Virus record (IMG/VR): IMGVR_UViG_3300028558_000018 | Span: 32,001 to 96,000 of that record | Reading direction: 5' to 3' (one strand) | Length of the DNA: 64,000 bases | Source: a virus | In this document: positions 1 to 9,031 of the stretch, one piece after another | Position numbering within the stretch: the stretch's first letter is position 1 | How the letters are laid out: each line of letters opens with the position of its first letter | Program-made: the position numbers and the translations under genes | The notes under the pieces: generated by a model | Seen by the model: the letters and a program-made list of their open reading frames with translations, nothing else | Told to the model about the DNA's origin: nothing | The model's database searches: none

Positions 1-221
1 ATATCTAAAATCGCTTGCGCAATTTTTCCATTTGTCACCGTCGCTTTTCCGTCCAAAATATCGAGTTTTGCGCTCTGTTCACCTTGGGTTGTAACTAAAT
101 AATCACTTTTTTGTGTCAACACGCTCATATTCTCCATTATCCACTTCATCTCGGGATTTACATTCGCCAGCAAGTGCTCTGGAATATTTGAGTTGAATTG
201 TGGAGGTTCTTTAATGGACAT
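1..221 (-). CDS. Hypothetical protein, 5' part (runs off window start)
   Basis: Manual translation from ATG at 221: MSIKEPPQFNSNIPEHLLANVNPEMKWIMEN..., open to position 1. Confidence 0.6.
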   Translation of the reverse strand, partial: MSIKEPPQFNSNIPEHLLANVNPEMKWIMENMSVLTQKSDYLVTTQGEQSAKLDILDGKATVTNGKIAQAILD

Positions 222-253
222 AAAAATAGAATAAAATTAATTAAACGAGAAAA

Positions 254-649
254 TTATACTAATGTTAACAAATACTTTAATTGATTTAATTTACCTAACA
301 TTTCGTCACGAATATTTAGCAAATCGGTATCTTTTGAGGCTAAATTCGAGGGCAATTTCTCGGTTAAAAAATAAATACACTTATCAGTGTAAGTTAGGGC
401 ATTTTCCTTGGTAAGATTATCCACTTCAATCTTAAACCCACCGAGGGCTATCACTCTTCCATACTTTCCCATATAAGTTTCAACAAAATCATCAACTAAT
501 CCATTTAAATCACCGAAGATACTGTCAAAGGCTTTATGCTGGCTATAAGAGGTGGTTTGCCAGTGGAAAATCTTATATTGGTTAACCATTGATAACAAAT
601 AAGTTACCAATTCTATATTGGAGATTTTGACTAAATTTACAGGGGGCAT
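254..649 (-). CDS. Ferritin/Dps-like four-helix protein (DUF5856-like)
   Basis: KIFHWQT..Y.QHKAFD, DDFVETYMGKYG and LLNIRDEM..LNQLKYLL motifs typical of viral Dps/ferritin-like proteins. Confidence 0.75.
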   Translation of the reverse strand: MPPVNLVKISNIELVTYLLSMVNQYKIFHWQTTSYSQHKAFDSIFGDLNGLVDDFVETYMGKYGRVIALGGFKIEVDNLTKENALTYTDKCIYFLTEKLPSNLASKDTDLLNIRDEMLGKLNQLKYLLTLV

Positions 650-672
650 AATGTAATGAGTTGTAAAGAGTT

Positions 673-699
673 ATTACCCAAAATTCGCCCAAAACTGAA
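673..699 (-). promoter_or_regulatory. Phage-type promoter TTCAG-N15-GGGTAAT
   Basis: Matches the recurrent TTCAC-N15-GKGTAAT motif; upstream of 649 start. Confidence 0.6.
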
Positions 700-705
700 A
701 TATAA

Positions 706-843
706 TTATTTGCGGTTGTCCAATATTGATTTTACTGCTAACCGTGCGATAAAATGCATGAATTCTCTGTCTGAAAAGAACAAATGACGATTACCAAAAT
801 CGTCGTAATATGCATAAGGATCGCTTGGGCCAAATTTAGACAT
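706..843 (-). CDS. Small hypothetical protein, 45 aa (not in ORF track)
   Basis: MSKFGPSDPYAYYDDFGNRHLFFSDREFMHFIARLAVKSILDNRK; start overlaps end of the upstream gene and it fills the gap. Confidence 0.55.
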   Translation of the reverse strand: MSKFGPSDPYAYYDDFGNRHLFFSDREFMHFIARLAVKSILDNRK

Positions 844-1315
844 GACAAGCAACCTTTTGCGGCGAAGATTCTAATTTTAGCACGTAAGAAAAGATGATGC
901 TGAATATTAGAGTTCCTAATATGGACTTGGCTAAAAATAAATAACTCGGCGGATAATTCAAATTACCAGTGAAATTACATTCTATCCAAGAATTAAATGT
1001 TTTCGCGTAATAAGGAGAGGTGAAAAAACTAACAGTATTTGCTATTAAATATTGAATAAACGCGCCGCCGATTAACCAATTTAGCTGTTTTGGAATCGCA
1101 TAAAATAATAACCCTGCACAAGATGGTAATAAGCAATATGGAGTTAAGTGCTTAAAGGATAAAGCCATATCACAGAGCAAACTCCCAAGAAAAATAATAT
1201 TAATATTCCGAATATTTGAAACGAAAAATAGCGCAAATAATGGCGTGATTCCAAGTAATGCGCTGGGGCAGAGTAATCGGTAGAGAATCGTGAAGGCTAG
1301 AAGTAAATAAATCAT
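836..1315 (-). CDS. Multi-TM membrane protein, DUF6580 / solitary ECF S-component-like
   Basis: About 5 hydrophobic segments; YRLL..ITP, CD, YLIAN..F..SPYYAKT...IEC..G pattern resembles DUF6580. Confidence 0.55.
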   Translation of the reverse strand: MIYLLLAFTILYRLLCPSALLGITPLFALFFVSNIRNINIIFLGSLLCDMALSFKHLTPYCLLPSCAGLLFYAIPKQLNWLIGGAFIQYLIANTVSFFTSPYYAKTFNSWIECNFTGNLNYPPSYLFLAKSILGTLIFSIIFSYVLKLESSPQKVACHV

Positions 1316-1467
1316 GGGAAAAGTTCTTTAATATAAGGAATACATAATTTACATTTTGTCGCGCAAATGTTCAGTTCTTGAAGTTTCTCTATAGTAATAT
1401 TCTCGCCGAGGGGTTGGACCTTGGAGAGAATTTCTTTAAAAGAAATATCATGGCAAATACAATCCAT
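1312..1467 (-). CDS. BFD-like [2Fe-2S] ferredoxin, 51 aa (not in ORF track)
   Basis: MDCICHDISFKEIL...NICATKCKLCIPYIKELFP: C-x-C and C-x2-C spacing of bacterioferritin-associated ferredoxins; ATGA overlap with 1315 gene. Confidence 0.7.
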   Translation of the reverse strand: MDCICHDISFKEILSKVQPLGENITIEKLQELNICATKCKLCIPYIKELFP

Positions 1468-1469
1468 TG

Positions 1470-2492
1470 TTAATAAATATTAAGATATAAATTTTCGTAA
1501 TTGGTATGATCGAAAAATTCATCATCGGCTATATACCAAGATTTAACAAATGCGTGTTTCAACGCCAAACTTTTATCGGGAGGCATTGGTTCTTTGTTAA
1601 ACTTCTTCCCGTTCATTTCGAGCCAATCGCTTTCCCACATCTCTACTACCTTAAATCCCTCCCCTTCTAAAAACTTTTTTCTTTCTTTAGTCGCTTTAAA
1701 TAAATCCCCGAATCTCTTGCCGCTTACTCCGTTTTTATCTCTTCCGTAATAATATTTAGGATTTCCATGAAAAAAGTCTCCATGAAATTCATAAACCGTG
1801 TCAGTCCATCTATCATAGCCATCAAAAATATATCTCTTTCCATTTAAAATAAATCTTTTTTGCTTCTCTAAACATGGAAGACCAAGAGAGTCTAGCCATT
1901 CATTTTCTATTTTAGACGAATTTGAATGACATTTTGGGCAACCGCCGCCAGTTAGATGAAAATGCGGACTTTGTTCGAAATCTCCGTGTTTTTGGCAAGT
2001 TATTGTTACTTTTTTATCGTTTCCGCTATATTCGACTTTATCGTAAATATATCTATTTTTATGAACATTATTCGCTTTTTCGTTAAATTCAACCGTGGTC
2101 ATCTTTTGATTACCTACGCATCGGGGGCAATTTGCCCCTTTTTGGTGTTCTTTTATAACTTGGGTAAATTCACCATGTTTTTCGCAAACAATTTTTAATT
2201 TTTGGCGATTATTTTTATATTGAAAATCGGGATATTGATATTTAATTTCATGAACCTCATCAAACAACTTAAGCATTTCTTCGTTAGTTCTCATTTTTCT
2301 TCCCGCGCAAGCAGGGCAACCTTGCTTCGTATTCACATGATTACTTATACATTGATTAAAAACTCCGTGTTCTTGGCAAATTATATCAATTCTATCATCT
2401 TTAGAAAAAATATCGCTGACTAAAGAATAATCATATTTATCTTTATGAATTTCCTTAGCTCTGGCGATATATTGCTTTGCTTTTTCGTTCAT
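1470..2492 (-). CDS. Free-standing homing-type endonuclease: repeated C-x2-HG...GCPxC Zn modules plus C-terminal Vsr/PD-(D/E)XK-like domain
   Basis: Three CxxHG..F.Q....H..G.CP.C repeats; FDGYD..VYEFHGDFFHG..WESDW; likely start 2492 (ATGA overlap with RNR stop). Confidence 0.7.
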   Translation of the reverse strand: MNEKAKQYIARAKEIHKDKYDYSLVSDIFSKDDRIDIICQEHGVFNQCISNHVNTKQGCPACAGRKMRTNEEMLKLFDEVHEIKYQYPDFQYKNNRQKLKIVCEKHGEFTQVIKEHQKGANCPRCVGNQKMTTVEFNEKANNVHKNRYIYDKVEYSGNDKKVTITCQKHGDFEQSPHFHLTGGGCPKCHSNSSKIENEWLDSLGLPCLEKQKRFILNGKRYIFDGYDRWTDTVYEFHGDFFHGNPKYYYGRDKNGVSGKRFGDLFKATKERKKFLEGEGFKVVEMWESDWLEMNGKKFNKEPMPPDKSLALKHAFVKSWYIADDEFFDHTNYENLYLNIY

Positions 2493-4840
2493 TTGATTTC
2501 GCACGATCCGCCGCTACATGCCTGCGCGCCAAGAGTATCCGCCCCAACATATTCTTCCGTTTCTTCTACCGCCTTAGACCAATCCACCTCTTTATAAGTC
2601 CGCTTCAGATTCAACCAAGTATGCCAAAGACTAAGGTGCTTCAAACAGTGGGTAGTTTTAACTAAATTACCATTAAAATAACGCTCGGAAAACTGTTTCA
2701 TACGACGAATCCAATCTAACTTAAGTTCATTTCGTTTAAATTCTCCTAATTCATTATAATAAATACTCAATTCAATAGCATAATCTGCTAACGCAGAGGA
2801 AAATGCTTTTTCATTCTTAGAATTCTTTCTAACTGGTTTTAGGGGAACTTTGGGTTCCTCCAAAGTGTTAACTCTTAAATGCCCCAGAGAAGCGGAACAC
2901 GCATCCCAAAGATTATTATCAAACGCCGCAAGACCATCCACGACAAGTCCAGAACCGAGGATAGAACCATCACCATATTCTTTCACAAGTTCTTCTGGCG
3001 CAAGAACTCCGCAAAATGGGGCTTGATTATAGTCAAGATCGCCGCTACCATTAATTAACGAAATTCCAGCGAAATTCTGTTGATTATCAAATATATATTT
3101 TTCTACATCTAACCATTCTTGTTCATTTTTGACTACGACGGTGACGCTAACATTGTGCCTCATTGTAGGATCGGTTCCAAGTTCGGGCCGAGTTCCATAT
3201 TCCACCCAATTGTTTTGAGTAGTTTTTACTTGCTCAAGAAACTCAATAGCGGATAATTCATTTTTTAATTTCGCTCCTTTGGGGACTTCGCAAAGAAAGG
3301 AAATTGAATAATCAGTATCATTTGCCGACCAAACAGATTTTTCTACGGCGTCTGGGTTATGTTCAACAAAATATTTAAGGGGAAATTCATTACGATTCGC
3401 TTGGGCGCGACGAATATACCTTTTAGAATGATGGAGATGAATACCGGAAGATGTTTTCAATACGCAACTTGTGCTTCCCGCTGGCTTGATACAGGTGGCG
3501 CGGGCAGTTTTATTTACTCCAATAATTTTAGCAATTTTTTCGTTGATTTCAAGAACTAATTTAGCTCCCTTCCGCTGAATTTCAGCGTTCAATAAAATAT
3601 CAGGATTATCCATTACTCCAGTAATTGAGCACCCAAGTAAAGCTTCTTTATCGCAAATTTGTTTAGAAATTTTAGTGAGATATTTAAAATTTGTATAACC
3701 CGCTTGTATTGTCCCAATAATGGCAGATGCACGGCAACATTCTAAGAACTTATCTTCAGAATCACAATACTTACCGTTAATTTCTGTTAAATTACAGACT
3801 TGAACTCCCGTTTCTCCATTTAAAGCAGGAATCATGCCAATTTCACAACATGGATTATAAATAATATCTAAATTTTCTAACCAAACAAAGCCGGGTTCAC
3901 CAAATTTGCGGGTTGACTCCATCAAAGAAGAGAATTGTTCTTTTGTTGTTTTACCTTTTAGTAAAGCTGCTGAATTATTTGATCGTGCGCGTTGAGGATT
4001 TGTAATATACCAATCCCCAATTTTAGCATTAGCCATCTCTTCGTCATCAACAGAAAATAACGTTAAGGTCGCCGAACGACGAATTCCTCCCGATAAGACT
4101 CCATCGCTAGCATAACAAACTATATCATAAGCATTTATGGGTTTTAGTTTATTCGTAAATTCTCCCTCACAAAAACCCGCTGAATTAATTCTATCTACCA
4201 ACACTTTTCGAATTTTTTCAAGAGAATTAGCTAAACCCACATGGCCGGGAGCTTTAAATTGGCCCGCAATAAGCGAACCTTCGGGGCGTATTTCGCTATA
4301 ATCAAATTCTACATCATAACCAATATAATCTTTAAATTCATGATCGGAATTAAAAAATGAACAAGTAATTACTCCTATAGCATCACTCCATCCTTCGATA
4401 TCATCAGAAATTTTAAATGTTTTTTTGCCTTTTGTCGGCGAAATTAATTCTGGGAGTTTCTTAACGTGTTGTTTTTGGACGCTAAATCCCATTCCCGTGC
4501 CACAAAGAAGAGTATACATAACCTCTTGGAAGACTCGCGGACGATCAATATGCGTCGTGGCACAATTAAACATTTTAAGTTCATGCTTCTCTATCCATTT
4601 CCCACCGAATTGGAGTGCGCGTTGCGAGCCTAATACACGTTTTTTTTTCACCATTTGTTTGGCAAAATCAAAATCCTTTTTAAATTCTTCGTTTTCGGAT
4701 AATTGTTTACTAAATTTACGCTCATGCATCCCGAATACTCTATCGGTAATTTCCTCCCATGTTTCGCGCCGTTTCTTCTCTGGAAGATAATGGCTATATT
4801 TAGAATAGACTACATAATCAGATAATGCTTGTAAACTCAT
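2489..4840 (-). CDS. nrdJ: Class II (adenosylcobalamin-dependent) ribonucleotide reductase
   Basis: RRETWEE, FNC, LLCGTGMGFSVQ, GGIRRSA, GEPG, NPCCEI, CNLTE, TCIKPAGS, C-terminal CSGGSCE; likely start MSLQ at 4840 (ORF track 4876). Confidence 0.88.
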   Translation of the reverse strand: MSLQALSDYVVYSKYSHYLPEKKRRETWEEITDRVFGMHERKFSKQLSENEEFKKDFDFAKQMVKKKRVLGSQRALQFGGKWIEKHELKMFNCATTHIDRPRVFQEVMYTLLCGTGMGFSVQKQHVKKLPELISPTKGKKTFKISDDIEGWSDAIGVITCSFFNSDHEFKDYIGYDVEFDYSEIRPEGSLIAGQFKAPGHVGLANSLEKIRKVLVDRINSAGFCEGEFTNKLKPINAYDIVCYASDGVLSGGIRRSATLTLFSVDDEEMANAKIGDWYITNPQRARSNNSAALLKGKTTKEQFSSLMESTRKFGEPGFVWLENLDIIYNPCCEIGMIPALNGETGVQVCNLTEINGKYCDSEDKFLECCRASAIIGTIQAGYTNFKYLTKISKQICDKEALLGCSITGVMDNPDILLNAEIQRKGAKLVLEINEKIAKIIGVNKTARATCIKPAGSTSCVLKTSSGIHLHHSKRYIRRAQANRNEFPLKYFVEHNPDAVEKSVWSANDTDYSISFLCEVPKGAKLKNELSAIEFLEQVKTTQNNWVEYGTRPELGTDPTMRHNVSVTVVVKNEQEWLDVEKYIFDNQQNFAGISLINGSGDLDYNQAPFCGVLAPEELVKEYGDGSILGSGLVVDGLAAFDNNLWDACSASLGHLRVNTLEEPKVPLKPVRKNSKNEKAFSSALADYAIELSIYYNELGEFKRNELKLDWIRRMKQFSERYFNGNLVKTTHCLKHLSLWHTWLNLKRTYKEVDWSKAVEETEEYVGADTLGAQACSGGSCEIK

Positions 4841-4859
4841 AATAAAAATTTTTCTCTCC

Positions 4860-5042
4860 TTATTTCCCCTCTTCACCCAAACTCTCTTCCAACATCTTCA
4901 CAATAAACTCTTTAACCTCGCCCAAATCAATAGTTTTCCTCCCAGTTTGTTCAAAATAATACTCCTCAAACTTTTTATCAAATTCAAATTGATAATCTGC
5001 TGTGCCGTCGCTATATTCCTTAGTTTGTTTGAGATTGAGCAT
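4860..5042 (-). CDS. Hypothetical protein, 60 aa
   Basis: ORF between a promoter-like motif (5059-5085) and the RNR gene. Confidence 0.55.
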   Translation of the reverse strand: MLNLKQTKEYSDGTADYQFEFDKKFEEYYFEQTGRKTIDLGEVKEFIVKMLEESLGEEGK

Positions 5043-5172
5043 CTTGAGTGGAGTTATTATTACGGTAAAATTTGGTCCTTGGAAAATTAAAATGCTAAAA
5101 GATTTTAGTCTTTCAATTTATAATAAAAAGCGTGTAGGTTGTGCGCTTTTGGTCAAGTAAAAACACTAATAG

Positions 5173-5949
5173 CTACTCTTTAATTAACTCTGGAATTGGC
5201 TTCCCAAATCTTGCGAAATATTGAGGATTAAACACTAATTTGTTATTAGTTTCATCCCATTTATAACTACATAGACTCCCTCCCCATCTGCCCCGCTGAT
5301 ATTCCACCTTGCTTTTGGTTTTTTCGCAAGAAATCCAAGTTTTATGGACTATCCAACTTATATTAGGAGGAATAATCTTACTAGGAAAACTCTCGAAATC
5401 TTTAATATCCCGCGTAATAATCCCATGATAAACCACTTCATTATCGTGGCGAAAATTATTCAACCTATAGCCGTTATATTGAACTCTAAAGGCACGGGGC
5501 GGTTGAAAGGGAAGTTTTAGATAGGTAGAAGAATCGAACAAATAATTCTTATAGCTAAATTTATACCATGCTGAAAATTTATCTTCTTCAATGAACTTTG
5601 TAATATTTTGTAAGTCGTTGATTTGGAACAATTCATCGCCGTCGATTAAAAAAATCAATTCACATTTGTCATCCAATAATTTTCTTAAAGCTAATGTTCT
5701 TGCTTCGGCTTCACTAATATATTGCGGTTCGCGAATTAAATAATCTAAATTTTGAGTAGCTAAATAATCCCCCGTAGAATCATCAACATTATATTTCGTC
5801 TCTTTATATTCTTTGAAACAAACATTGATTCCAGCTATTACCCATTCGTGGCCGGAAAGTTTTTGTTCTCGGGCGAGAATTAATGGGCGAATAGAATCTT
5901 TAACGTATTCTTCGCAGTTGAATGCACAATAAATAATTCCGATTCTCAT
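5173..5949 (-). CDS. GT-A fold (GT2-like) glycosyltransferase
   Basis: N-terminal IIYCAFNCEEY strand; EAEART; LIDGDE DxD motif. Confidence 0.7.
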   Translation of the reverse strand: MRIGIIYCAFNCEEYVKDSIRPLILAREQKLSGHEWVIAGINVCFKEYKETKYNVDDSTGDYLATQNLDYLIREPQYISEAEARTLALRKLLDDKCELIFLIDGDELFQINDLQNITKFIEEDKFSAWYKFSYKNYLFDSSTYLKLPFQPPRAFRVQYNGYRLNNFRHDNEVVYHGIITRDIKDFESFPSKIIPPNISWIVHKTWISCEKTKSKVEYQRGRWGGSLCSYKWDETNNKLVFNPQYFARFGKPIPELIKE

Positions 5950-6320
5950 ACTGGATATTCCTTTGTTTGATTTTCTTTATTTTTAGCGAATAACCCATGA
6001 TTCTTAATCATCGACTTTAACATAGTTTGTATTTCTGGATGAAATGGATTCATAAATCTATCTTCTCCAACGTCATAACAAAATAATTTTCTTCCACCGC
6101 TAGGTTTATTATGAAATTTTTCTGGCACATATTGAGCGAAATCTTTTGTCATCACAACAATATAATCTGCCCAACCATAAAGCATCTCACGAGTTTCTTG
6201 AGAATTAGATTCCCACCCACATGCAATAACATCATGTCGTTCCTCGCAATTATAATGCAAAAGATATTTTAATGCGACACTTCTTACGTGCCCGCCACGA
6301 CAAAGGGTTAAAATTTTCAT
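5946..6320 (-). CDS. Low-molecular-weight phosphotyrosine phosphatase-like protein
   Basis: N-terminal P-loop LCRGGHVRS (C-x5-R-S); WADYIVVM. Confidence 0.7.
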   Translation of the reverse strand: MKILTLCRGGHVRSVALKYLLHYNCEERHDVIACGWESNSQETREMLYGWADYIVVMTKDFAQYVPEKFHNKPSGGRKLFCYDVGEDRFMNPFHPEIQTMLKSMIKNHGLFAKNKENQTKEYPV

Positions 6321-6323
6321 AAT

Positions 6324-6542
6324 TTATTTGACTTTAACCAATTTAATTTTTCCAATTTTCGTCTCGGTTAGTAACTCAGTTTCACCCTCGTTAAATTTAA
6401 AATTTCCATCTTTATCTACGACATAATAGGTATATTCTCCGGTTTCATCATTAGCCTCTAAACAGAAACTTATTTTATCTCCTGTAGATAAGTCTATAAC
6501 GTTATATTTGTAATCATCTATATCACCTACTTTAATATGCAT
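6324..6542 (-). CDS. Hypothetical protein, 72 aa
   Basis: Tightly packed in the operon. Confidence 0.6.
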   Translation of the reverse strand: MHIKVGDIDDYKYNVIDLSTGDKISFCLEANDETGEYTYYVVDKDGNFKFNEGETELLTETKIGKIKLVKVK

Positions 6543-7380
6543 AAATCTCCTTGATTAAACTCTCAATAGTCGGCACTCCATCATAGCCCGCGCCGCGCCA
6601 AAATTGTTCATTAGAAGACTTAAATACCGTAGAAATAGTTGAATCTTCCAGTCCTACAATTTTCCGTTTGACATTAATATTTTTGCCGCTATAAAGTTTC
6701 GCCAATGAAAGCAAATGCCCCTTGGAAATATCATCAGCGGGCACAATATGGAAAATATTGCTTAATTGAACTAATTTATCAAATTCGCCTTTGAGAATAA
6801 TCCCGCAAATAATTTTACTCAGCGCAATATTTGTAACCACATTACAAAAATGAGTGCAATATCCCGTGGCTTCTTCGTTTTGCTCACTAAACCATTTTAA
6901 CAATCCCCCATTACGCCCGACGAATGAACAGCGTAAATTGATAACATTTGGAGTGAGAACCTCACCTAACGATTTAGTTTGCCCATAAATAGAACTTGCA
7001 TTTTTTTCGTTAAACTCTCCTTTTGGTAACTCACTAAAATTCTTCGTAGCGAAAACTCCATTCGTAGAAATATGAATTATTTTGGCATTTTTACAATTCC
7101 GCGCTAATTGAATGGGAAAGAGCGAGTTTACCAATAGGCTATTTTCTGGATTATCTTCACCTTTAACGACAATTGTGTTAATAATATAATCATAATCTTT
7201 AGCGAAAAATGGCGCGTCCTTCGTTGCGTCAAAATTATAACAGGCGTAAGTTCCGTTAATATTGTCATCACATTGGCGGCGTGCAACCCCTAGTTGAATA
7301 TTCGGGGCGGAAGATAATAATTTGATTAATTCCGCGCCCAATAGTCCGTTACCGAAAACTAATACTTTTATTTTACTCAT
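6532..7380 (-). CDS. NDP-4-keto-6-deoxysugar reductase (RmlD-like extended SDR)
   Basis: GNGLLG Rossmann motif, IHISTNGVF, YGQTK catalytic YxxxK, LRCSFVG. Confidence 0.8.
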   Translation of the reverse strand: MSKIKVLVFGNGLLGAELIKLLSSAPNIQLGVARRQCDDNINGTYACYNFDATKDAPFFAKDYDYIINTIVVKGEDNPENSLLVNSLFPIQLARNCKNAKIIHISTNGVFATKNFSELPKGEFNEKNASSIYGQTKSLGEVLTPNVINLRCSFVGRNGGLLKWFSEQNEEATGYCTHFCNVVTNIALSKIICGIILKGEFDKLVQLSNIFHIVPADDISKGHLLSLAKLYSGKNINVKRKIVGLEDSTISTVFKSSNEQFWRGAGYDGVPTIESLIKEIYAY

Positions 7381-7835
7381 TTTAATAAATTTGGATTTTC
7401 GTAAATATTTCCAATAATCTCTATCGCGTTTGATTTCGGGCGACTTAATTGCACCGTATCATACCCTTCTTTGTATAAATCTAAATTGTAAGTTATGGTA
7501 TTTTGATAAGATGATTTTTCTATCATTCCATAGTGAGACATTTTTTGATTGAAATAAACATAGTATATTTTTCCCTTTCTTGTCTTCGCCCCGCTATCTT
7601 TTGTCGCTAAAACTATATCACCCTCATAAATATCTTTTCCGTGTTTATCTTTCAAACTGGTGGATTGCATAATTGGCGTATTATCTCCATAGATTGTATT
7701 AGCATCACTCATGCACGCCGAATCATTTTTATTCATCCCGTCGCAATAAAAAGAACCAAGATAACCCGCCATTATCTTATATTCCATTTGATATCCTGTC
7801 CATGCGCGGAATTTAATAGGTCTATTCATAATCAA
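7377..7835 (-). CDS. YopX family protein (copy 1)
   Basis: IKFRAW...MQST.LKDK.GKDIYEGDIV...EIIGNIYENPNLL. Confidence 0.85.
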   Translation of the reverse strand: MIMNRPIKFRAWTGYQMEYKIMAGYLGSFYCDGMNKNDSACMSDANTIYGDNTPIMQSTSLKDKHGKDIYEGDIVLATKDSGAKTRKGKIYYVYFNQKMSHYGMIEKSSYQNTITYNLDLYKEGYDTVQLSRPKSNAIEIIGNIYENPNLLK

Positions 7836-9031
7836 AACGGTTTAATAAAATTTAATCCTTTTAGATGCTTATTCTTTTCTTTAATCCCCTTTATGTAATT
7901 CCACGCAGTAACAATTACATCTTTATTCTCCTCGCTCTCCAAAATTTCCTTGCCGACAATCGGAATTCCAACTTGAGGAATAAATTTCCCCTGACGTAGC
8001 GGAGATTCATCTACCACGTAGCTAAATCTAATATCACTCATATTGTTAAACCAAGTATTGGCCCTTCCGCTTGCTCCATAGGCGATATTATTTGGATTTT
8101 TCAACATTTTTTGCGCCACGGGATTTGCATAACGTGCTTTATAATGAACGTTGAAATATTTGAATTTTAGTTTATCAAATTCAATATCTTTAGTGTTGTC
8201 GTAAATGAATTTCTTTTTAGAAAAAAACACCCTTAGACTACCTCCGTGATTCTTAATTTTTAGATTAAAAATCGGGAAAAGCCCTACTAAAGAACAGACC
8301 TTCACAAGCGAATGCAGCGAATAATTAATTTTATGCTCATGATAAATAAAATCCCATGCTTTATCGTCAAAAATCGCGTCCAAATCGCCTACTTCGACAC
8401 AAAATAGACCATTTGGTTTCAACGCGGCGAAAATTCCTTCAAAAACAGGCTTTAAATCGCTAATATGAGCGAGGCAATTCGCCGCGAAAAGATGGTCAAC
8501 AGTGGATTCCAAGTTATTTTGCTTAACAAAATCAAGATTAAATCCCTCGTTAAACAATTTAACATGGCTGAATTTGGGATTTTTACTGGCGCGTTTTGCC
8601 ACATCAGAGGGGTCAACTGCGATAATATTCCAATTTTTGGGCAAATGTTGAATTAGTGGAAACGAATTCGCTCCAATTTCTAAGAACGTAAACCCATCTT
8701 TATCTCCATTTGCTTGAATTAATCTATCTGCGTATTCCTTAAAATGAGCAACTAAAGCGGGAATTGAACTTGAATCATAATTATACTTCTTAAAAAGAAC
8801 TTCATCGGAAATATTCTCTCTAACTTGCACCGCGCCGCAATTTTGACATTGAACCAAAGTGAGGGGAAACAGCTCTGCGTTTTTGGCCTCCTCTAAAGAC
8901 TCCGCGAAGTGTCCGGCAAGGGGCACGGGTTTTTCAAACTCAAAAACCGGAATGAGGCTTTCGCCGTGGCAGCAACGACATTGAGTAATATCTGTATAAT
9001 TTTTGCTAATAGGCATAATTAACGAAACCAA
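7832..9031 (-). CDS. SAM-dependent NDP-sugar C-methyltransferase
   Basis: Zn-binding CRCC...CQNC, LEIGAN, NCLAHI, YHEH, HGGSLR, YGASGRA, VDESPLRQGK, AWNY as in sugar C3-methyltransferases. Confidence 0.8.
   Translation of the reverse strand: MVSLIMPISKNYTDITQCRCCHGESLIPVFEFEKPVPLAGHFAESLEEAKNAELFPLTLVQCQNCGAVQVRENISDEVLFKKYNYDSSSIPALVAHFKEYADRLIQANGDKDGFTFLEIGANSFPLIQHLPKNWNIIAVDPSDVAKRASKNPKFSHVKLFNEGFNLDFVKQNNLESTVDHLFAANCLAHISDLKPVFEGIFAALKPNGLFCVEVGDLDAIFDDKAWDFIYHEHKINYSLHSLVKVCSLVGLFPIFNLKIKNHGGSLRVFFSKKKFIYDNTKDIEFDKLKFKYFNVHYKARYANPVAQKMLKNPNNIAYGASGRANTWFNNMSDIRFSYVVDESPLRQGKFIPQVGIPIVGKEILESEENKDVIVTAWNYIKGIKEKNKHLKGLNFIKPF

Noticed and set aside
1316-1469. Cobalamin riboswitch upstream of the membrane protein
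   Set aside because: Gap is fully occupied by the BFD-like ORF; no B12-box seen
5125-5150. Hairpin as - strand terminator
   Set aside because: Folds better on the non-transcribed strand; role ambiguous
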